This document shows, piece by piece, positions 47,285-57,774 of a DNA stretch of 64,000 nucleotides. The translations under genes and the position numbers were made by a program. Below the pieces are notes generated by a model. The model was not told where the DNA came from, ran no database searches, and saw only the letters and a list, made by a program, of their open reading frames with translations. Source of the stretch: Amoebophrya sp. A120 (Eukaryota > Protista > Dinoflagellata); NCBI GenBank assembly GCA_905178155.1, contig CAJINV010000012.1, forward strand, positions 491,271 to 555,270, given 5' to 3'. Position 1 is the stretch's first letter. Every line of letters begins with the position of its first letter.

Positions 47285-48775
47285 GCAGAGAACCGGGCGG
47301 CGCGCCCTGCGGGCCGGCGGATCCATCCCTGCCTGGTCGGGCGCGCGCCACTGTCGGGCGCGCGCCACATCAGCTTGCTACGCACCGACCCTACGGCGCC
47401 GGTAGCCAACGGCACACCGACCCTGGGCCATGCGTCGACTTGCCACCAGACTCCCCGCTGCCGAGCTTACTCTGCGGGCGCCCGGTGCTTTATTGCTATT
47501 CGCGGGGGGCGCATACTTACAAATCGGCCGGGCGGCGGGCAGGCCCGCCCGCCCGCCCGCCCGCGGGCAAACGGGCGGGCCCGGTGCGGTTCCTTCGACA
47601 AAAAACAAAAGACGCCGCCCAAGCGCACCACGCACAGCCAGCATGCAAGGCCGGCCGGCGGCGGGCGAAGGGGCGCGGGGGGGCGCGCGCGACGGCGGGC
47701 GCCACCAAACCCCGCGCGGGGCGGGTCGTCGGACTGGGGCGCCACCACTTGTTCTTTGCGTTCGTGTCGTGAATCTGGCGCGCGGGCGTCACCTGTTGCA
47801 CGGAAAAGCGCGCAGCACGGTCGGCGTCGCGACCGCCACAATCGCGGAACAGGCCCCCACTGCGCCCACCGATCGGGCCAAGCCGGGGCCCCTCGGTAGC
47901 AATGGGCCGCGCCCGCTTCCTTGGTGCGAGGGAGCTCACCCACGTCCCACGCCACCCGCCCCCACATCAATCCCACCAGGAACAGACGCGCGCCATTCCG
48001 TCCTCCTTCGTGTTTTCGGGCCGCGCCACTTTCAGAACCATGCGCAAGATCGCCCCAAGCTCTCCTGCGTCCGGGGATTTGTCTGTCAAGGGCGCGCAGA
48101 GGCGGCGCCTTCGAGGTCCATGAATGCGCCGCCGCGTCTTTTCGCTTCGGGGGCCGAAGCTGTGCGCGCGGCTGCCGGCGGCGGCAGCTAAGGCCCCAAG
48201 GGCGCGCGGGATGTGCGCACGGCTCGGAACGCCATTCGTCATCGAACTCACTGGGATGGAAACGGTACCCGCGGCCGCGTTCCCCCCGCGTTTTCACGTT
48301 GTAAGTGCCCGCACGACGGGCGCCCCCGCGCGGCTGACATACGCAAACTAGCGCCGCGGGCTCGCCCGTGCGTTCTTCTCCGCGTTCTCCCGCTACACGC
48401 ACGCTGCCCATAGCTCGCCGCTTTGAAGGGCCAAAGCCTTACCCTCCCCTCGCTCCTCCCCGCCCAAAGATAAAGCAGCCAGGCGCCCGCGCGTTTCGCT
48501 GCGGCCGGTCCCTCCGGCTTCGGCACATGCGCACCCGCGCGAAAGCCCCGCCGGCCGAGTATCTCCATGGGGGCCGCGGGCGGTGGTTTCGTCCCGGGAC
48601 AATACAGGCAGCAGGAGGGGCCCCGGCACCGAGGCGCCGCGCTTTTTTGTTTTTCAGCTTCTCGGAGTTAAAAAACTGGGCCACCTCCTTCCCAGGCTGG
48701 TTCTTCTGCGTTCGCATCCAAAGAAAAGCGCCCCGCGCAGGCCTTGCACCCCTCCAGCTCCCGGCCGCCGGCGTT
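47285..48775. other. GC-rich non-coding island; limits approximate
   Basis: Sharp compositional boundaries and no credible protein. No TIR or TSD found. Confidence 0.5.
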
Positions 48776-49530
48776 AATTGCTAGCGGAAACCATAATTCC
48801 CACACACCGTCTTCTTTTGTGGTATCTATTCATTGAACGCAGGTGAACAATGCGGAACAACAGTGGCATTAGGAAACACACAAAGTCACTTTGCCTTCTG
48901 CGGCCGCTAGCAGAGACAGGACTGCATTCATTTTTTTCAATTTTTTCGTGCTCCAAACCGAAGCAGGATGAGATAAAAAAGAACCAAATAGAAGAAGTCT
49001 CTGAGTTGTTGTTGTTGAGATAGTAACAGACACACTTTCACTTTTTTTGGGTTGATAAAAACAACTATCATGATTTTTTACTTTTTCATTATCTATCAAG
49101 GTGCCATTTCGAGTTGGAAAGCTAGAGCCACCTAGAGCTGCAGCAAATAGAAGATCATCATATGTTTTTGGCTTTTTTGCTTTTCTTGTAAGTAATTGGT
49201 GCAGGTGCAGATGCTGTTGCAAGAATCGGGGCGGACTAGTGACCGCAAGGAGTTGTAAATACAGCAACAGGAGCATCAGCGTTGATGTAAAAAAGTGCAT
49301 TAGTTTCTTGAATAAACCACTCTCTGACAATATTACTTTCGAAACTTGTGAAGTAAACGCATTCCTGTTGATCCTCCTTCTTGCCCACTGTAGTCCCTCA
49401 TTTTTGCCAAATTTTTCTAAGATAAACCTCCTCTCTACAACAACTTCTCCCAGGGGTATTAGATGACAAGCAAGCTTCTCTTCATCCCGAAGTTCTTGGT
49501 CTTTACGAACAACAAGAAGTTCCTCGCATT

Positions 49531-52500
49531 CTATAACTGCTCCCGCGTATACTCCGGCTCATCCGGTTTCAAACTCCTGGTGATGCAAAACGCGGGGAAA
49601 AAGTTGTCATTCCGCCTGATGGTTTTCGCGTTCTCCCGCCCCTCCAAGTCTCGGATCATAATTCTCGTGAAAGAATGGTTGTACGAAACACCCGTCATCA
49701 TGTTGTCATCGGCGGATACTACGCCGGTGCCGTTGTTTTCATTGTCTTTGTTTTCTCCTTCCTTCTTCAGCTGCATTTTGGCCAATTTGTCCTCCCCGAT
49801 GATCCCGACACTCCCCCCGCCAGAAACACTCGGCTCCGCGCACGCCGCTCCGGACCCGCATTCCTCTTCCGAATCACTATCGAAATACGCTTTGTCCTTA
49901 GACTTGGTGGAAAAGTGCGTTCGCAACACGTCCAGAAACTCCTCAAAATTCAGCCCGATCAAGCTATGGTTGTCGATTTTCTCCAGAAAGAAACCTATGC
50001 AATGTAAATTTCCCGTACATGTACAAAATGCATGACAAATTTCGCTAACTTGCAGTGTCCAACTTGTCATGCTAGACTAGGATTGCAGGCAAGTTTTGTC
50101 ATGCAGAGACTGCCTTTGTACGTGTACGGGAAATTTACTGTGGATAAAACCGGAGTTCAACTCATGCGCCGTCGCAGGAGAACCGGGGACGACCTTGGCA
50201 CAGAAAATTTGCGGAATTTGCTTCTTTTCTACTAAAGCGGCAGTAGTTGTACTACTAGTCGTGTCTACTTTCGGATCCACCATTCCCTTCTTCTGATCCC
50301 TGACCCCGCGCTCCCGGACCGCTTTCGGCGTCGGGATCAAACACAGCCCGTTCCAGATGCAAAGTTTGGTCGCCGTGTCGGAGGGAAGGAAATCCAAATC
50401 GATTTTCTTCTTCAACTCTTCCCCGTTACGGAGGAGGATGACTTCCGGTTTATTTTTCTTGTTTTCTTCGTCTTTAATAATAATATCACTGCTCTTGTAC
50501 TTCGCCAACTCCTCCTCGACGTGTAAAACCGTGACGATCACCTTTTCGTTGAACTGGACCAAAATATCCCCAATCTTAAACCCGTGCTTCTCCGCACAAC
50601 TGCCAGATGTGATCCGCTCTACTAACAAACACTGCGTGTTCGCTTCGGAGTGTTCAACGAGCCTGCTGATCCACTCGGAATTCACCCCGTGGTGAGGGGC
50701 TTCAGACAAAGAAAGCGGCTTGAACTCGCAGGACAGAGACGGGATCTCCGTGATGGTTGTGTACAGCTTTTTCTGCTTTTCATCCGTGAGAGCAGCAGTT
50801 TCTTCGGAACAATTATCGTCAGTTTTCTTCTTGTTATTATTCCCAGCAGTTTTCATCGGCTGTTTGTGTTTCTTCTTCATAGTCGTGATTTTCCTTCGCT
50901 TCAATTCCGACTCCGATTCCGCATCTTGTTCCTGCTTCGCTGCGTTTTTATCATCCTCGTCTTTGATCTCAACCAACAAAGGTTTCACGTAGTCGTAAAT
51001 CGGCAGCATCGCGTATTCCCACTCTTTCGTCTTATCGTAGTCGTCCGCCTGCGACATGAAGTGGCAGTAAATCCCGACCAAATGCCCTTCATCCGTCACG
51101 CAAACGCCGCCAATCACCCCCGCTAAATCATCCACCAAATGAAACCCAGTGACGTTCCGCTCCCGCCAGACCGGGGGGGAGATCAGTTTGTAGCTCGGCG
51201 TGAAGTGGGACAGCAACGCCGTTTCCTGAACGGTGACGTCGCCTCTATCCGTTAACCCGATGAAATTCACGTTGTCCCCGATCTGGGCTTTTTCCTTTCG
51301 GGGGTCGCTGTCGGGTAAATCTTCGTCATACGGGTCGATCCAGGTTAACGGATAGTTCTCCGGTAACGGGTAGTCGCCGAGTCTTTCCTTCTCGACGGAC
51401 AGTAAAACAATGTTGTGCACGGGGTGGACGAAGCGGATTTTCGCGAACACCTTCAAAATCTTCGCGAATTCTACTTGCACCAACCCCATCTGCTGGGGGA
51501 CGGTTTCCCGGTCGCACGCGATGATCACATTGTCCTTCTCATAGGAAACCACGATCCCCACACCGGTCGAAACAGATCGGTTGTTATGTTCCAAAATCTC
51601 CGCACCGAGTGGGGTTCGGTACTCGATCAGAACCAGCGACGGTAAGACCTTCTGCGCCCACACCTATCAAATGTAAAAGTGTCTGGGTCTGCAAGAATGC
51701 AACTTGTCACACTAAATCTGAAGCATGCAAAAATCTGTGCTGCATGATTACCAAAAGTCGTCCGGTTTTGACCAAGTCGGAAGGGAGTTTCTCATGCAGG
51801 ATAGGCATGAGAGAGATCGCACATCAGAATCTGTCATGCTAGGTCCTGCATTCCAGACCTCATGGGTCATGGAACAGCTGCATGGCAAATCGCGCATTCT
51901 TCCAGACCCAGACACTTTTGCATTTGATAGCACCGGCATCCGGTCTAAAGCCGTCCAGAAATGCCGCAAGTTTTTCAACCCCTTCGGCTTCTCGATCTGC
52001 TCTTTCAAGTCTTCCTTCTTGATTTTCCCACCAAACAATTCGTTTTCCTCCTTTTTCGTGTACGTTTTCCACTCATCGGAATCAGAACAGTGATTTTTCT
52101 CCTTCATGTACCAGGTCGTGATCGAGCCCGCGATAAATTCCCGCTCCATCAAAATACCCGCCGTTTTCACTACGCGCGACTCCGCGTTCATCTGCTTATT
52201 CCAGGTGGCTGAAAACCGCTCGTGGTGCCGGATCTTCCGCATTTCCTTTACGAATTCCGTCAAATTCGTCGTCTTCTGGTCGTTGATCGCATGTAATACA
52301 CAGTAGCTGTTGATTTTATTCCCGAAGACGAAGCCGCGGGCGGCTGTCCAAACGCCATTATTCTCAACATTCACCGCCATGGTTTTCCCGTAGGAATAGG
52401 GAATGTTATGGAAAACACCCCCGCCGCACTCCGCGAAGCTCTTCGGGGAAAAATCTTCGTGGGAACGAACTAAAATCGAGGTTTCGAGCAATTCCTTCCC

Positions 52501-55343
52501 GCGGTAAATCGTGAATTTCAACTCTTTCCCGATGTTGTCGTCGAGAATCTGTTCCAAGGTGACAAAATCGGCGACGATCTCGTCGCTGATCTTGAAAAGC
52601 ACATCGCCAGGGATGAGCTTCTGGTGGGAGACCGATTCCGGCATCACGTTGTCAGTCAGGAGCATACCGGTGAAAATCGGCGAGTTTTTGGCCTGCTGGT
52701 GGGTCTGGACCTGATAGAATAGGATTACGATTTATTTTTCTTTCAAGTGCTGACTACAAGAAAATGCGAACAGACGTATTGTTCTTCAAGACGCATAGCA
52801 GCTGTACTACTAACCAGACCGGATGAAACAACACAAAGAATAGAAGCAGAATGGAGTTGTTGTGGAAACCTTCAGTCCAAAAGGTGACTAGAAAAACACA
52901 AATTTGCGTGATGGCTACAGGCAACTTTGCATGAAGGCAACAAAAGTCCTTCACTTGATGCATTTTGCTATGTTTTCACCTGCACCAGCGAATGAAAATC
53001 AGTGTACTAAAACCAGTTGGCTATCATAATATCACCTGCGTCAACCTCAACTTTGTATACGCAAAGCAACATTTCATCTGCTTGCAAAACAACTGCATTA
53101 AAAATACCTGCTTCTCCACCCCATCGGGCACTCCCAGCCGGCTGACCGCATCAAAGTAGCTGAATTTCCAGCTCGTGCACACTGTCCCTCGCGGGATTTC
53201 GTATGGTGAGCAAAAACGTCCCCATCCCAGAGTCAAGATGGCAAATGTGCTACACAAATCAACCAGCTTTGGCCGTTGCGCATGACAAATTTGGAATCGC
53301 AATGTAGTCGCGTTTAGCTAGTGGTAGTGAAGCAGCATCACAGATCTAGCATAGCATGCGCATGTGCGCATCACAAATCGCAAACGACAATAGAATCTTC
53401 TTCTCATGGGTCTCCGCATGAGAAACATTTTCAGCATGCAGATTTGCATTACAACTCTGGGGTGGGGACGTTTTTACAGATGATATTTCGCTGCAATTAT
53501 TCTCCTTATCCACCAACAGTTCCAAGGCCCGTTTCACCCGGTCCAACGGGAGATAAAATGCCGAGGCGGATAACGTCGCCCCGCCGGCATTCAAAGCCAC
53601 CGCGTGTCCGTCTTGATTGATCACGGGGGATCCGTATGGATTGCAAAAATGTCTGGGTCTGGGAGATTCTGCGAATTGTCATGCACGTTTTGCATGAGCC
53701 ATGATGTCTGTGATGCATGCCGTAGCATCACAGATTTTTCGAGGAGATCTTGGTGCCTATTTCGCATGACAAATGCCCTATCCGCGTAGCAAAAATTCCA
53801 TTCCCTGTGCTACTCATGCAATATAAATTTTTTTAGAATCCAAAAACAGCATCACAAGTTGCATTCTTCCAGACCCAGACATTTTTGCATTTGATAACCC
53901 GGAGGAACCACCTGACGTGTTCGACGCGGAGCCGACGTAAAACGTGTTCTCGTCTTGCATGATCTGCCCACAATAGTGCGGGCAGTTTCGGTCAATGCGG
54001 CCGATGATACCGGATAGAATCTGCGTTATGGATGTGTCAGGATTGAAATCGACAAAGTTGAAATGATTTGTCATGCATAAAATCGATACCAGTTGGAAAC
54101 CTAATTTCCAAGCGGTGCATGACAAATTTTCCGAGCACCGGAATCCAATTTGTCGTGCTGTTTGGGCACAGATGACTGCTTTTGCCATGCTACTTTAGCA
54201 GCTCTATTGTAAACCCTAGACAGGCTCACAATCGGCCTCACTTGCCACTCCTGCAAGAGAGGCACTTCATGGCTTGCATTTTATGCGTGGCAAATCATTT
54301 CAACTTTGTCAATTTCAATCCTGACAGTTCCATATGCGTCTTCTCCCCGCTGTCGTTCCCGATTACCCGGATGTCAATGCCAGGTTTCAGTGCCTCGGGC
54401 TTCAGTTCAATCGGCTCCACTTTCGTGAAACGGAGGTCGGATTGCTTGAACTTCAAGAACCCGAAATCATGTATGCTGTGCAAAAGTATCGTACTCGTAC
54501 TAATGCTAATCGCAATCATGCATGACAAATCTTGTTTGTTAGCCAAATCAGCATTACAAACTCCATTTTTCCTTCTAAAAAAACTTGTATTGCGATTCAT
54601 ACTAGTACGATGCTTTTGCAATGCATATCATGCACCGGATCCCGATACACCGCCTCCACCTGGATCTCTTCATTCTGGTCAAACAGTATCAAAAGTAAAA
54701 ATGTCTGGGTCTGGGAACTTGTGATGCTGGGCAGCGTCTCATGATGAGGCTACAAATGCTGGCTCAGCATGACAAGTTTCTGAGCTCCTAGGTGAGTGTT
54801 GCCAATTCTGCATCACAAACTGCGCTTCTGCATCACAGAAAAACGGAGCTCTTGGGTAACGTGCATGACAGATTTAAGAGTCATGCCAGCCAAGCATGAC
54901 AAACATGAATTCTTCCAGACCCAGACACTTTTACAGTTGGTAAACAGCGCCGTCGCGCAGATCGGCCCGGATCCGACCACGTGGCGGTTGGTGAGAATCA
55001 GATTTTCGGAAACCACAAATCCCGTCGCCCTCGCGGTTTGCGGCGCATCTCCGTTGAAGGAGCGGAGGAAGGTGACTTTCAGTGCAACCACGGACTGCTT
55101 TGTTTTCTCCAGAGTGGCGATCCAAGCGTCCTCCACGGAGCGGAGCTTCTCCTTGTTGGAAACCAGCATCTGCTGCTTCTGTTCAACGATACCATTTTGC
55201 TGTTTTTGTGCCGTCATGATTTTCTGTGTTGCTAGTTGTGGGGAGGTTTCTTGGATGATGTCGGGAGTGGAGGAAACGGAGTCCACTGCTGCTGTTGCTA
55301 GTACCTCGGGGCGGCCGGCTAGGACTTCAGGTCCGTCTACCAT
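49531..55343 (-). CDS. NMA111: Nma111/Ynm3-like HtrA-family serine protease (tandem protease-PDZ); 9 exons
   Basis: Motifs ATGFVV...[12 protein letters not shown] (His), YRDPVHDFGF (Asp), [27 protein letters not shown]...AVALNAGG (Ser), [16 protein letters not shown] segments and a second protease-like domain (FVHPVHNI). Seven TIR introns plus one GT-AG intron (52711-53107). Confidence 0.92.
49996..50146. mobile_element. TIR introner, family B
   Basis: TATGCAATGTAAATTTCCCGTACA...TGTACGGGAAATTTACTGTGGATA; direct repeat AAACC/AAACC. Confidence 0.9.
51665..51929. mobile_element. TIR introner, family F
   Basis: TATCAAATGTAAAAGTGTCTGGGTCTG...CAGACCCAGACACTTTTGCATTTGATA; direct repeat ACACC/GCACC. 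Confidence 0.9.
53202..53485. mobile_element. TIR introner, family E
   Basis: TATGGTGAGCAAAAACGTCCCCATCCCAGAG...CTCTGGGGTGGGGACGTTTTTACAGATGATA; direct repeat TTTCG/TTTCG. Confidence 0.9.
53635..53896. mobile_element. TIR introner, family F, within the catalytic Ser motif
   Basis: TATGGATTGCAAAAATGTCTGGGTCTGG...CCAGACCCAGACATTTTTGCATTTGATA; direct repeat ATCCG/ACCCG. Confidence 0.9.
54027..54334. mobile_element. TIR introner, singleton family
   Basis: TATGGATGTGTCAGGATTGAAATCGACAAAGTTGAAATGATTTG...CAAATCATTTCAACTTTGTCAATTTCAATCCTGACAGTTCCATA; direct repeat TGCGT/TGCGT. Confidence 0.9.
54472..54627. mobile_element. TIR introner, family A, at the catalytic Asp codon
   Basis: TATGCTGTGCAAAAGTATCGTACT...AGTACGATGCTTTTGCAATGCATA; direct repeat TCATG/TCATG. 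Confidence 0.9.
54687..54942. mobile_element. TIR introner, family F
   Basis: TATCAAAAGTAAAAATGTCTGGGTCTGG...CCAGACCCAGACACTTTTACAGTTGGTA; direct repeat AACAG/AACAG. Confidence 0.88.
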
Positions 55344-56089
55344 TCTTCTGTTGAGAGCGTTTGTGGCTGTTGCGCTTGCGTCGATTGCTTTTTCTAAGAT
55401 AACATGTGAGCAGAAGAATTAGAAAATGTGGTCAACATAGATGATGAAAATAAATTCCGATTGTTCTTGTAGCAATGAAAATTGTGTTGAAACCTGGGAT
55501 GATTGATGGTGATTTTGAAGGATTGTTTTTGTGGAACGGGAGCAACAGGAAGTCGAATTTATGCAGGAACATTGTAAGGCGTTTCTTTGAACTCGAAGTG
55601 AACATTTGAAGAGCTTGAAAAGATCACGCGCAAGAACTGGGGAAAAACGGGTACAGGCTGTAGGATCAATTATGACACGCTATGAATTATGATCTATTGT
55701 GAGTTTCAACGGAATTCTTGAATTCGATTCTTGCGTTTGTACCATGTGACAAGTATGTACAGCTGTGGACTGCATAATTGAATTGAAATTTACATCTAGT
55801 GGGTCCTGCATAAGCAGCAAAAGCAAAGACTGCCTGCAAGAGAACTACGTGAGACCTGGATAGGTGCAAGGTGCACAAGAGAACTACGTGATTTTTTGCA
55901 GTCGATTCAGTAATCAGCATAGCTGCGTGGCCACACTGTGGTTAACTTTTCTTCCTTTTCGCGAGAACAGAATGAACGCCGCGCGGGTTTCTATTTGCAG
56001 CACTTCTTTTCCTTCGTGTGCTCATTGTTTGCGTTCAGACTTACGGCGCTTTCGGCATGTCCGCAAAAATCACACACACTGCAAGGAAG

Positions 56090-57150
56090 TTGACGAGGCT
56101 GCGGTCCGCGTGAACCAACAAACAACAGTGGAACACCGGCGCCCGCCTTTTGGTGTGGTGCACAACACACAGACCGCAGCGCCCGGGCTTACTGCGCGCA
56201 GCACGGCCAACAGCTTCACTCTGCGCGACAAATGGCAGGCCGGCCCGGGGCCCGCCACCCGGCGCGCGAGATGAAAAGTGCGGGCTGGCTGCGCCGGCGC
56301 TCCCGGAGGCCTGCCAGGAGATTGATAGATACGCGGCGCGCCCGGCAGGGAAGGAACAAAAAACCGAAAACTCAAGCCGCTTAGCGGGCCAGCCAAAGGG
56401 GCCCACCCTGAGCAAAAACGCGAGGGCGGGGGCGCGCCCACCCGGGAACGAACCGAAGGCCCCAATCAAAGGCCCCGGCCCGGTCGGCCGCGAACGCGGG
56501 CCACGATCGGGCGACCAAACAAGGCGCCGCGCGGGCGCCTTTTTGCGGCGGTAGGGCCAAACGGGCCAAGGCCCGCGCGGCCTTTGCATCCAACCGCGCG
56601 CGAGGCCCCCGGCCCGCGCGCCGGCTCCATCTATCGGCCGGGCGTCCGCGCGTCTTGCCTAGATATTCGTCGATGTGGGTGGCTTGCCCCCCTCCTCCCG
56701 GCCGCATCGCTTCGCGGGCGCCCCCCGGGCCGCTTCGTTTCCGATCGCGACAGGCTGCAACCTCCACCGGCCTTTGTCCGGCCGCGCCACCGGGGGCGAT
56801 AGAAGGGGGCCAAAGCCCCCCGGCCCGCGCCTGGCCCTCCTTCCCGGGCGCCGGCAAAGGGCTGCGCACAATCCAAAAGCAACGCGCGCGCCCGACTTGC
56901 GGGCGCGTCTCCACGCCCGGCACACCCAAGGAAGTCGCGCTGGGTGCGGCCAACCATCGCCGTCGCCCGCGGGGCTCACCTCTCGCCCCCATCTCAGAGG
57001 CCTGGCAAAGCCCCCGAAAGAACCCGCCCGGCCGCGGGCTTTCTGGCTCTGGGGGCTGCTCTCACGTCGCGGCCCTGCCAGCTATTGCCGACCCCAGGGC
57101 GAGCGCTCCTGGTTTACTTATGCGCCCTGTCTAGAACAACGGCCGCGATC
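56090..57150. other. GC-rich non-coding island; limits approximate
   Basis: Compositional island between two genes, with no credible protein. Confidence 0.45.
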
Positions 57151-57774
57151 ATGCTTTCGCTCATCCAGCATCGGGTTCGGGATGGGGATAAGATAACTTC
57201 TCGGGGGCAAAAAAATATCACGAACTGACATCTAGCGGGAACACAAACAGTGGACGTCGGCTCATTTGCTCCTGCAACCGACATGGCGCCGTAGTGCCTT
57301 CGGCTGCCGTGCATTATTCGAGTTTCACCCCTTTTTATTTTCATGTTGCGTGAAAAGTATTCTGAGGCCAGCAAAAACTACTTTGCAAGGATCGTCACTT
57401 CGAGGATGAAATCGTCGCGGTGCAGCTCGTGGTTCCGTTGCAGCCAAAATAGCGTTGCTCAGCATGTTGTTCGTGCACGCACTGTAGAAATGAAGAGTAG
57501 TTCGTGGTCTGCCCCCTCGCACTGCTGCACGAGAGACTGACGCAGAATTCAGTGGAAAATAACTCTTGACCTCTAGTACAATGAAGTGACGCAAGTCCTC
57601 CAAATCGCACTGGGAACCCAGAAGCATTCATTGTACACGTGGAAAAGTGTTGTAGCTGAAACAGGCTGTAGAATCTTATTCGGCATCACGTAATATTCTG
57701 CTGAACCTAAAAAATGAATCGAATCCCGCACCGGGGGGTTGTTGACAAAGACCGTGTCCATTCTACTTCTATAT

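Noticed and set aside
55837-55891. 16-bp direct repeat CAAGAGAACTACGTGA, two copies
   Set aside because: It looks like a local micro-duplication with no associated structure.
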